Part shown: one piece after another, positions 53,616 through 64,000 of the stretch
Numbering within the stretch: position 1 is the first letter of the stretch
Layout: each line of letters opens with the position of its first letter
Position numbers and translations under genes: made by a program
NCBI RefSeq assembly: GCF_006345805.1
Contig: NC_043011.1
Location: forward strand, 39,072,464 to 39,136,463
Length of the DNA stretch: 64,000 bases
DNA from: Octopus sinensis
Taxonomy: Eukaryota
Direction: 5' to 3'
The notes under the pieces: model-generated
Database searches by the model: none
The model's input: only the letters and a program-made list of their open reading frames with translations
Told to the model about the DNA's origin: nothing

Positions 53616-55134
53616 GTTAGTGGGTTGTTTTTTCTTTTTTTTTCTTATTTTGGGGCTGTGTTTCTTTTAATATTTTTGTTTCTCCATTCCACCAAGGTCA
53701 ACTTTGCTTTCATCCTTTCTGGGTCAATAAATTAAGTGCCTGTAGTGTACTGGTGTCAATCTAATCGACTGCCCCCACCTCCCCCAAAATTTTGGGTCTT
53801 GTACCTAGAGTAGAAAAGAATATTTTTGTTCCCCCCACTGCACAAGCAGCTCAGACATCCAATTTAAACAATACAGAATACTGCAACACTGGCAAGGGAT
53901 CCTCCTAGAAATGGTCAAACGTCGTACTAGAATGTAATAACAGCTGCTAGGTCTCCCTCACATTATACAATCTGTGTGTGATTTTGTTCCCTTTTTCAGT
54001 CTACGAGGCTTTTACATAATATTTTGTGATCTATTATTTATAGCTACGATTGCATTTACACATCTCTTGTAGTATTGTGTTTTCAAATTTCTCAAGGTTT
54101 CAAAACAAAATCTGCCCCAGCATGGCCACAGCTCATGAGCTGAATCTAGAATCAATCAATCAATCAATACATAAACATCCTTCCTTGTCAGTAAAATTAG
54201 CACTTCCAACTTAGCAAATGAAAACCAGTAAGGCTTTCTGGTGTAGTGGTATCATGTCCTTCCACAAAGTTGTGGTTCTATTCCCGTTGGTGACTGTTCG
54301 GGTTTTTATTTTTCTGTTTAATGGTCTTTATCCTGATCAGTATTACCATCATCGTTGTTTTAGCATCCACTGTTCCATGTTTCCATGGGTTGAACAGAAT
54401 TCTTTGGAACAGTTTTTTTTTTTCTCTGGCTTGATACCCTTCCTGTTGTCAATCCTCACCTGTTTCCAAGTCAGATAATATCTCCCCCCCCGTGGCTTGA
54501 TATATTTTCATGGAAAATTTGTATGATGGGAGCACTTGTCTACTACTATCACACAATGTTGTGATAAGGAAGCACACAAACCTTAATGTATGTACAATAA
54601 CAACATGAACAAGAATAGGCAATATTACATCTTTATTTGATTATTACACCATACAGCACTGATGATCATGTCTATTGTGTCAGTATATTTAGATACAGGA
54701 AAAAGGTACAATCTATCCAAAATTTATAGCAACACGATGTTATCAAGGTTAGATGTGAAGGGGCCACATCCCCAGAAATATGGCATATACACTCATTACC
54801 CACTTTTGTCTTCGATCTCATTGCTTAGGAATTGTTGTAGCAAAAATCGGTGCTGGCAATAAGTTCTATAGAATATCTGTGGAAATAACCATAACAAAAT
54901 GCCATAGCCTATGTTGTAACATCCGTGGATCACAGACTCTCTGGTTAAGGACCCAACCCGGCCTAAACGTGAAAAACTTGTGTAATTTTGATAGAGGCAT
55001 GAGTGGCTGTGTGGTATGTAGCTTGCTTCCCAACCACATGGTTCCGGGTTCAGTCCCTCTGTGTGGCAGCTTGGGCGGGTGTCTTCTTGTGAGTAGATTT
55101 AGTAGACGGAAACTGAAAGAAGACCGTTGTGTGA

Positions 55135-55179
<45 letters not shown>

Positions 55180-55299
55180 AGTGACGAAAATATTTTGGCA
55201 ATTTAAATTTAAATGTCGAAGTAAATCTAACAGTTTTTGTGTGTTTTAAATAGCTTATAAACACCTGCCACGATGTGATTGTTATATATCTATCTATAG

Positions 55300-55331
<32 letters not shown>

Positions 55332-55421
55332 ATGTATTTGAGTGTCAGTGTTTGTCCCCACCCACCATCACTTACCAAACTGCTAAGTTATGGTGACGTA
55401 GACACACACTGACGCCAGTTG

Positions 55422-55460
<39 letters not shown>

Positions 55461-55635
55461 TTCAAATTTGCTGAAATTGAAAGATGGAGACAGATGAAGG
55501 AACAACAAGCAGGTGTTTTAGTTTAAACTTCAGGAAGAATGGAAATACATTTGATGTTTTGAGCCTACGCTCTTTGACAGAAAGGATTAAGAGGGGAAAA
55601 AAAATGGATTTACAGTTCAACATGATGAAATGGCT

Positions 55636-55666
<31 letters not shown>

Positions 55667-55691
55667 GCATACACACACACATACATACACA

Positions 55692-55904
55692 TACAATAAT
55701 CCCTTGACTGGTGTGAGTGTTAGAATTCAAAATCCCACATGATAGGTGAAAATCCGCAAACTAGAAACAGTACTGTACTGTATATTTTTTTAAATTACTT
55801 ATATAATTTGCATATATTTATTTTATTATAAATGCAAGACTGCACCACAAAGGAATCAACATAAGCTTAAATAATGAACTGTGATATGGCGAGGGATTAC
55901 TGTG
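55692..55904. mobile_element. Tigger-like MITE, copy 2
   Basis: TACAATAATCCCTTG ... CGAGGGATTACTGT; colinear with 35552-35765. Confidence 0.7.
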
Positions 55905-56206
55905 TGTGTGTGTGTAAACCATAAAAGTCAGGAGGTATGAGAGACGAATATAATTATTTAATCACTTGACATCTTTAGGTTTACAGCTGTTTTGCAGCAT
56001 TTTTCATGCAGTTATAATTTCAGTGTAGAATAAAAGTGTTTACACACTTGCATTAATATGCATATTATGGAATATACAATGCAATTGTATATTCACAAAT
56101 CAATGCAAAGTGAAGAACACTGCAAAAGGGCCATGGCTTTGTTTTCTTGGATTGCAATGTTGCTCTGAATTCAAATCCTATACCACAAATTTTATATATA
56201 TATATA

Positions 56207-56446
56207 TATAATAATAAATATTAGGGAATAAATCCAAATTTACAGGGAAAAAATCAGATTTAGGATTAAATCCAATTTTATAGTAAAATATTATATAATA
56301 TTAGAGACAAAACCACTATTTTGCAAAACAAACAAGGAAAGACTTAATCAATACATAAAATTTTTATTTTTTACTTTCTATTAAAATTTTATGTATTGAT
56401 TAAGTCTTTCCTTGTTTGTTTTGCAAAATAGTGGTTTTGTCTCTAA

Positions 56447-56447
<1 letters not shown>
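56207..56447 (-). mobile_element. Snap-back fragment with perfect 65-bp inverted repeat, probably Penelope-like tail
   Basis: 56300-56364 is the exact reverse complement of 56383-56447 with an 18-nt spacer; flanked by (TA)n on both sides. Confidence 0.55.
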
Positions 56448-56497
<50 letters not shown>

Positions 56498-56504
56498 TTA
56501 TATA

Positions 56505-56710
56505 TACTCTTTTACTTGTTTCAGTCATTGACTGTGGCCATGCTGGAGCACCGCCTTTAGTCGATCACATCGACCCCAGGACTTATTCTTTGTAAGTCTA
56601 GTACTTATTCTATCGGTCTCTTTTGCCGAACCGCTATGTTACGGGGACGTAACCACACCACCATCGGTTGTCAAGCGATGTTGGGGGGGACAAACACAAA
56701 CACAAAAACC

Positions 56711-56753
<43 letters not shown>

Positions 56754-56935
56754 TATATGCACACATATATACGATGGGCTTATTTCAGTTTCCATCTACC
56801 AAATCCACTCACAAGGCTTTGGTCAGCCCGAGGCTATAGTAGGAGACACTTGCCCAAGGTGCCACGCAGTGGGAATGCACCCGGAACCATGAGGTTGGCA
56901 AGCAAGCTACTTACCACATAGCCTCTCCTACGCCT
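56505..56935 (-). mobile_element. SINE S1
   Basis: S1 sequence on the minus strand. Confidence 0.85.
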
Positions 56936-57010
56936 GTAATGTTTGTGGATGGTATTTTTTTTTTTTGTCAAATAACCACATGCTCTATATACTACTTCTT
57001 CACTTCAGCT

Positions 57011-57380
57011 TTATTATTACCTCCACCTTAGCGAAGACAGAGGTATTGTTTTCAGTCATGTTTATTTGTTTGTCCATGGACAACATATCTCGAACTGCTG
57101 GATGGATTCAGATGAAACTTTTAGGCATATTTGGCCTCGTGACTATCATGAACTGATTAAATTTTGGGATCGATCCGATACCAGACAAGGATTCTGGATT
57201 ATTTTTCCGTCTTTTTACTCAATTTTTGAGAGCGGTCGGGTTTCTTTTTTATATTCTCGTTTGTGAGGGCAGTCGAGTTTGTTTTAGATATCCTCATTTT
57301 AAAACTCATCTCCGGCTAATAGTTTTGAGGACATTGGTGTTGCCGTGCCAGAGGGTTGTACTCTCTGAGTGCTCATGTTC
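57011..57380 (+). mobile_element. Non-autonomous DNA element (Crypton- or Helitron-like; class uncertain), copy 1
   Basis: Starts TTATTACCTCCACC and ends ...CTCTCTGAGTGCTC; colinear copy at 62975-63347. Confidence 0.55.
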
Positions 57381-58299
57381 TTATTTTTGTGCTTTTTGTT
57401 TGAAATCTTTCGTCACACTTCCTGTGACCTCTTCAGCATATCTCTTCATCTCTCCTCCTGCTCAATTTAGTCCATCATAGGAATCTTGCAAAGCAAATAC
57501 ATAAACATCATCATCATGAGCATTGTTTATCGTCCACTTTCCATGCTAGCATGGGTTGGACGGTTTGACTGGGGTCTGGGAAGCTAGGAGGTTGCACCAG
57601 TCTCCAGTCTGATCTGGCAGTGTTTCTACAGCCCTTCCTAACGCCAACCACTGCATGAGTGTAGTGGGTGCTTTTTATGTGCCACTGGCACAGGTGCCAG
57701 AGGAGGCAACATCCATGATCGGCTGGTGCTTTTTATGTGCCACTGGCACGGATGCCAATCAAGGCAGAGCTGGCATCGGTCACGTTCAGATGGTGTTTTT
57801 TATGTGCCACCAGTACGGGTATCACACCTACAATTTCCATCTGAATTTTGTTTTGACTCAATATGTCACCTCAAGCACAGCAGGTCCCCCAACGATCCAA
57901 GGCGAGCACAGCAGGCCGTCCTACGAGCCATGAACTCATTTCAAAATATTTGTCATCGTCATTTGAAGTCTGTTTTCCATGCTCACATGCATCAAACAGT
58001 TGAACAGGAACTGGTAAATCAGGAGATCTGTTTTGGTCTGGTTTATTCACTTGAGTGCCCTTCTTCATGTGAACCACTTTACAGGCTGTAGTGAGTGCTC
58101 TTTACATGGCCTCAGCAGCTGTGAGGTCACCTAGTAACTTGCAGGACAGGAACTCTTTAAAGGTGGGTTGGGGCATGGTTTTGAGGGACAGAAAAAGGTG
58201 TTGTGCAGAACAAGAGAATCGCGAGCTCACCCTGTCCAAATCTCAGTCAACTTCACTATATGCAGTAACCTGTAAGATGTAACCCCATCCTCATCACAT

Positions 58300-58645
58300 T
58301 TTCACTATCTTTCCTTTTCTCTCTCTCTCTCTCCCCCTCTCGTCTCTCCCTGTTCCCTCTCATCTCTCCCTCCTCCCTCTCGTTTCTCCTGCTCATCTCG
58401 GCTCTCCTATATCTCCCTCTCTCCTCCTGTCTCTATCTCCTCTCCCTTCTCTCCTTCCCCCTCCTTCCCTCTCTCCCTGTCCTCTTCTCTCCCTCCTCTC
58501 TCCTCACCCTTCTCTCCCTCTTCTTTACTCTTCTCTCCTCTCCTCTGTTTTCCTCTTCTCTCCCTCCTCCCCATTCCCTCTTCTCATACCCTCCCTCTCC
58601 TTCCCTCCCCTATCGCCTCACCTCTGCCCTCTTGCTCCCTCTACC
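58300..58645. repeat. Long polypyrimidine (CT-rich) tract
   Basis: About 340 nt of almost only C/T on the plus strand. Confidence 0.9.
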
Positions 58646-61600
58646 TGGTGATGGTGTTGACGAAGTCGACAGTGATAACGATGTCACGTCATCATCGCTA
58701 AGGATGGCTTCGATGACATTGAGAACGATGGCGTCGAGGACGTTGTCTACAACACAACTATGACACCGTGGGAAAGAGCACTGCAAATAATGACGTCAAC
58801 GACGACAACAACAACAACAACGACAACAACCAGTCTATGAAGTTTCTGCAACAATGTTACCAAACAACACACGCCTGCCCCGCCCCCTCGTGCACCTGCT
58901 CACACCTTCCCTCCTCTCTTACCTGCCCCTTTGCTGGGGCAATCTAATCGATAATTAACAGTAAATATTTGATATAAGAACAGAGTATTTCTTGAGAGGT
59001 TCTATCAAATGTCTTTATATGCCTTAATTCACACAATCTAATTTTCTTTGTGTCACTTTGTATGTTAGTTGTTTTTCTTGTTGTCTTCTTTTCCCATTCC
59101 ATCTCGTTTTCTTTTTTGTTGCATAACTTTCGGGTTTTTTTTTTAATGTTTAGTGCTTTTCATGTACTTTTATGAATGGTTTTCTGGGTTTTTTTTTTGT
59201 TTTCATTGTCAGTTATTTACTAATTTTTTTCCCCCCTATTTTGCTTTGGCTTCTTGTATTTTCAACTGTTTTCTATTTATTATTATTATTTTATGCAAAT
59301 TCTTTGCTTCCATTTTTATGATGTATGTGTAGCATGTATATATGTGTGTATATATATATATATACACACACACGTGTGTGCATAATTGTATGTGTTTGCA
59401 TATATATATGTGTGTGTGTGTATATGTAATGTGTATATACTATTTATATATATATTTATGTGTGTGTATATACAATACACATATATACATATTTATGTAT
59501 ATACACAGTATTATTATTATTATTATTACTATTACTATTCATCTTTCATCTTTTTAATTGTCTTCCCTCACACTACTCCCCATTGTTTGTTTTCTTTCTC
59601 TTTCCTATTAAATCTTTTTCGTTTAGTACTTTTCTCCCTTTCATCTGTTTCTTCACCTCCCTTAAATAATTCGATCATCTCTTTCTTCTTCTCCACCCAC
59701 CCCTTCCTTTCCTTCTGTCTTTTCTTGTCTCTTCCCTGCTCTTTATTTTCTTTCTTTTTCCTCTTCCTCTTCTTTTCTTCTTTTCCTTTGCCCCCTTTCT
59801 CTCCTTCACTCCTTTCCCCCCCCCCTCTCTCTCTCCACCTTTCTGCCTTTAATCTCTCTCTGTTCTTCCTTTTATTGCATTTTCTGGTGGCCTGCAAGTC
59901 GAAATGCTTTGCACCAGAATTTACAACCAAAAAAAGATTTATACACCAAGATGACTTTGGAGGACCAAAAATTCCATGTGAAATGCAGCAGGAATAGGAA
60001 AGATAATAATGGTTGAATGTCTACTCTATATACTTCATTGACTTTTATGGCGTAAAATAGACTTCTCTTGTTCCTCAATCTGAACATATACCAAAAACAT
60101 TCCTGCAGTTCAACTTTTGCTTTTCCTTCCCCAAACACTACTGGTGTATTACAGCATTGAGTAATGATTGTTCATGTGGCTGAGTATTCCTACAGTCATT
60201 TATACTGGCATTGTTGTATGGTTCAGAAATTTACTTCACAGCCTTGTGTTTGTTTGTTCATTTTGTTTTTGATGTCCAGTCTCAGTGCATACTGTCTTGG
60301 GACCAATGTCGTCTTCTGCATCCTTGGGCCAACTAATGCTTCGAGAGTAAATGTGATAAATGGAAACTGTGTGGAAGCTTATGTTTATATCATCATCATC
60401 ATCACATTTAATGTCAGTTTCCCATGCCGACATGGGTCAGATAGTTTGACAGGAGCTGGCAAGTCAGAACACTGCGTTGAGTTCTACTGTCCGCACTGGC
60501 AACGTTTATATGACTGGATGCCCTTCCTAACACCAATCGCTTTACAGAGTGTACTGGATGCTTTTTATGTAGCACCACCAACAGTGAGGTCACCAAGTAA
60601 CTTAAAGATAAGCACCCTCAACTGAGTGGGGAGCGTAGTGAAGGAGGTGGCTTTGTGTCAGGGGATGAGAGGTTGGGGTATGAATAGAAGGACAGAAATA
60701 GGCACCATGCAGAAGACACAGTTCCCTCCACCCCCCTCTCTTCCTCCATCCATCCATCCCTACATCTATAGTGTGTGTGTGTGTGCATGTGTGAAAGAGA
60801 CCACTTGATAGCCAGTATTTTGTTTCCCTTTCTGTAACTTAATCATTTGGCAGAAAGGGACTGACAGAATATTTAGCAGATTTAATGAATAGTAAGGACC
60901 CGCATTAATCTGAGCAAATAGAAACCCTTTAAGCTTGTGCCCAAGGATGGCCACAATCTAATGTCTAAAACAAGTAAAAGAATGTAAGGTAATCTTGAGG
61001 TAGATTCCCCAGGATATGGTACTCTGACTAGGCTGGTCCTTTAAATTAAAAAGTACAGTCCATCTGGCAGGCTTCCGTACAGTTTCTGTCTACTCAAGGC
61101 TTCCATTGTATCAAGGGTTCAGGTATATAAGTTAATGATGTTTCTGTGGAAGGTGGTATACAGTGGGATTGAACTTAAGGACCTCATGATTGCAAAGCCT
61201 CTTCTTAACCCCTTTGCCATGTATCCCTCTCCCCACCCCTCACATGCACACCCTCTTATACTTCCCTTATCTCCTTTATGCTGTTGCCCTTTTTATACGT
61301 AGCTTCTTCTGACACTACTTCCACTTCAAACGCCATTATGGATCAAGTGCAGTGGGAACGTCTGTCACTAATCTCTTATGTTCCACTTGTTTCAGTCTCT
61401 GAACTGTGGCCATGCTGGGGCACTACTTTGAAGGCTTTAGTCGAAAAATATCGGCCCCAGTACCATTTTATTTTTTTAAACCTGGTACTTAGTTCTACCA
61501 GAGTCTTGTCAAACTGCAAAGTTATGGGGCATCAACAAACCAACACCAGTTATCAAGTTGAGGGACAAACAGAACACACAGTTTCCACCTGACAAATCCA

Positions 61601-61964
61601 CTCTTAAGGCTTTGCAACTGAGCCAGAAGTCATACGGTTAGGATGCAAACACCTCTCCACACAGCAACACCTGTGTCTGTTTTAACCATTATTTAAGCAT
61701 AATAGTTAACCCATTATTCAAAGAGAAATTAAGACAGTCTTATTCACAATAATAAAAGCGAATGTTGCATAATGCTTCCCTGGCATTCTTTTGTTTTATT
61801 GCTTGGTGTTAATTAAATATAGCTCTGCTGAAACAAAACGTGAACAAATTGCGGCATTGAAAAATGTCTGGTGTAAAGAATTGAGAGGTGATGAAACAGT
61901 TGGAAAAAACATTAAGAGGGCTATGGCAAAAGCAAAGGGTGGCCATTTTGAAATTGTAAATGTA

Positions 61965-62187
61965 TACTCTCTTTACTCTTTTACTCGTTTCAGTCATTTG
62001 ACTGCGGCCATGCTGCAACACTGCCTTTAGTCGAGCAAATCAACCCCAGGACTTATTCTTTGTAAGCCTAGTACTTATTCTATTGGTCTCTTTTGCCGAA
62101 CCACTAAGTTACGGGTACGTAAACACACTAGCATCGGTTGTCAAGCGATGTTGGGAGGAGACAAACACAGTGTATATGTTTATATAC

Positions 62188-62234
<47 letters not shown>

Positions 62235-62405
62235 CACACATGTATATGATGGGCTTCCTTCAGTTTCCGTCTACGAAATCCACTCACAAGGCTTTGGTCG
62301 GCCCAAAGCTATAGTAGAAGACACTTGCCCAAGGTGCCACACTGTGGGAATGAACCCGGAACCATGTGGTTGGTAAGCAAGCTACTTACCACACAGCCAC
62401 TCCCG
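61965..62405 (-). mobile_element. SINE S1. Further partial copies near 5732, 8987, 19460, 21967, 33760, 36480, 45875, 47820, 54995 and 63530
   Basis: S1 sequence on the minus strand; the partial copies share the head or tail motifs. Confidence 0.8.
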
Positions 62406-62974
62406 TAAAATATTTGTTCACAAATATGTAAGTATTGACCTGGAAACTTCCATAAACTAAAACTAAATTTTTATTTTTTGATAAAACAAATAATGACTAA
62501 ATATACGTGCAACACCCTGTGTGTGTGTGTGTATGGAAAGAAGAATTGTATTCCTGCACAGAACAAAATACAGAATTTGTCTTCAAACACCAAAGCAAAT
62601 TCTATATATATCATCATCATTTAACATCTGTTATCCATGCTGGCATAGTTTCTTCAGTTGTATGCCCTTCCTAACGCCAACCACTCCGAGAGTTTAATGG
62701 GTGCTTTTACATGCCACCAGTATGGGTGACAGTTGCGTGCCACCAGTATCTGCCATGACTACAATTTCACTTGGCTTGATGGGTCATCTCAAGCACAGCA
62801 TATTGCTAAAGGGCGCAGCTATTTGTCAATACCTCTATGAGGCCCAACACTTGAATGGTGCTTTTTACATGTCATCGGCATGGGTGCTAGTTACGTACCT
62901 CCGTGAGGACCAATGGTTGAAAGGTGTTTTTTACGTGCCAGTTATGTGACACCAACAATGGCCATTATTATTAT

Positions 62975-63347
62975 TATTACTACCTCTGCTTTAGCGAAAG
63001 CGGAGATATTGTTTTCAGTCGTGTTTGTTTGTTTGTATCGACAAGATATCTCAAGAACCGCTGGATGGATCCAGATGAACCTCTCAGGGTTGTTTGGCCT
63101 CATGACTGGCACGAACTGAACCAGATTTTGATATCGATCCAGTACTGAACAAGGATTCCGGATTATTTTTCCTGTTTTTTTTTTACTTAATTTTTGAGAG
63201 CAGTCAGGTTCAGTTTTAGTATTCTTCTTTGTGAGAGCAGTCGAGTTTATTTCAGATATTCTCATTTAAAAAATCGTCTCCAGCTAATCATTGAGAGGAT
63301 GTTGGTGTTGCCCTGGTGGAGGTTTTTTTCGCTGAGTACTCTTGTTA
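62975..63347 (+). mobile_element. Same non-autonomous DNA element, copy 2
   Basis: Colinear with 57011-57380; subterminal ACCTC / GGTGGAGGT inverted motif. Confidence 0.55.
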
Positions 63348-64000
63348 TTATTTCAAATGGCTTAATTAGGCTCCATGCCACTTAGAGTTTCACAGGCTCC
63401 TAATGGAAACCTGGCTTGTTGAAGCTCAGATCACACACACACACACTCTGATACTTTGTAGCCATTTTCTTTCCTGTTGCAATTTGGATAACAATGTTTT
63501 TCCTTTGCAATAGGGCATCAGGAAATTTATAGCAGAAGACACTTGCCCAAGGTGCCACACGGTGGGACTGAACCCAGAACCATGTGGTTGGGAAGTAAGC
63601 TTCTTACCACGCAGCCATGCCTGCGCCTATATAAAAAACTTTGTTGTTTTTTTCCCTTCTGTTTTGCGTAATTATATTAGAAATGTGATTTTGAACTTGT
63701 TGACAGGAGTTGTTATTTCGACATGAAAGGGTTATTTTATTACTGAGAAATTACACAGTATGGTAGAGGAATCATAGTATAATATATAGAATGAGAAGGA
63801 GAGAAGGTGAGAGATGAGATAGAAACAGTAACAGGGGGAAAAAAGACATTGTGAAGCAGAGAATTAGAAAGATAAAGCTGTGACATTGATAGCTAGAACA
63901 CTGCAGAAATAGACAAACAAATAGATTAAAAGTTGTATACATATGTATATATATATAGTGTTAGGTGTCTGCGTGTATGTATAATAGTATATATAAATAT

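Noticed and set aside
58645-58830. GC-richer, coding-looking stretch (DGVDEVDSDND...)
   Set aside because: The reading frame shifts repeatedly; best explained as a decayed (GAC/GAT/AAC)n repeat.
61791-61950. ORF ending AKAKGGHFE, similar to Tc1/mariner transposase C-termini
   Set aside because: Only a short motif matches, with no DDE/D core or TIR visible; too weak to call.

Overview
AT-rich, non-coding animal DNA packed with (TA)n/(TG)n microsatellites, tRNA-derived SINEs, RTE/CR1 LINE 3' ends, TA- and TTAA-targeting MITEs and Penelope-like fragments. The repeat mix resembles an octopus (coleoid cephalopod) genome; this is an inference from repeat style, not a database match. No intact protein-coding gene can be supported: nearly all ORFs in the track are translations of microsatellites or repeats. 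The main hand-read result is a set of hammerhead ribozyme (HHR) motifs. One is an apparently intact, extended type I hammerhead on the minus strand at 15631-15720, with a perfect core and about 24 bp of stem I, outside any Penelope-like context. About ten more minimal or decayed hammerheads mostly lie in short Penelope-like fragments next to (TA)n tracts. These include a three-copy family with a shared U at core position 6, and several fragments carry snap-back inverted duplications. A candidate recursive splice site (AG|GTAAG) lies at 4501. All folds were worked out by eye; nothing was computed or searched.
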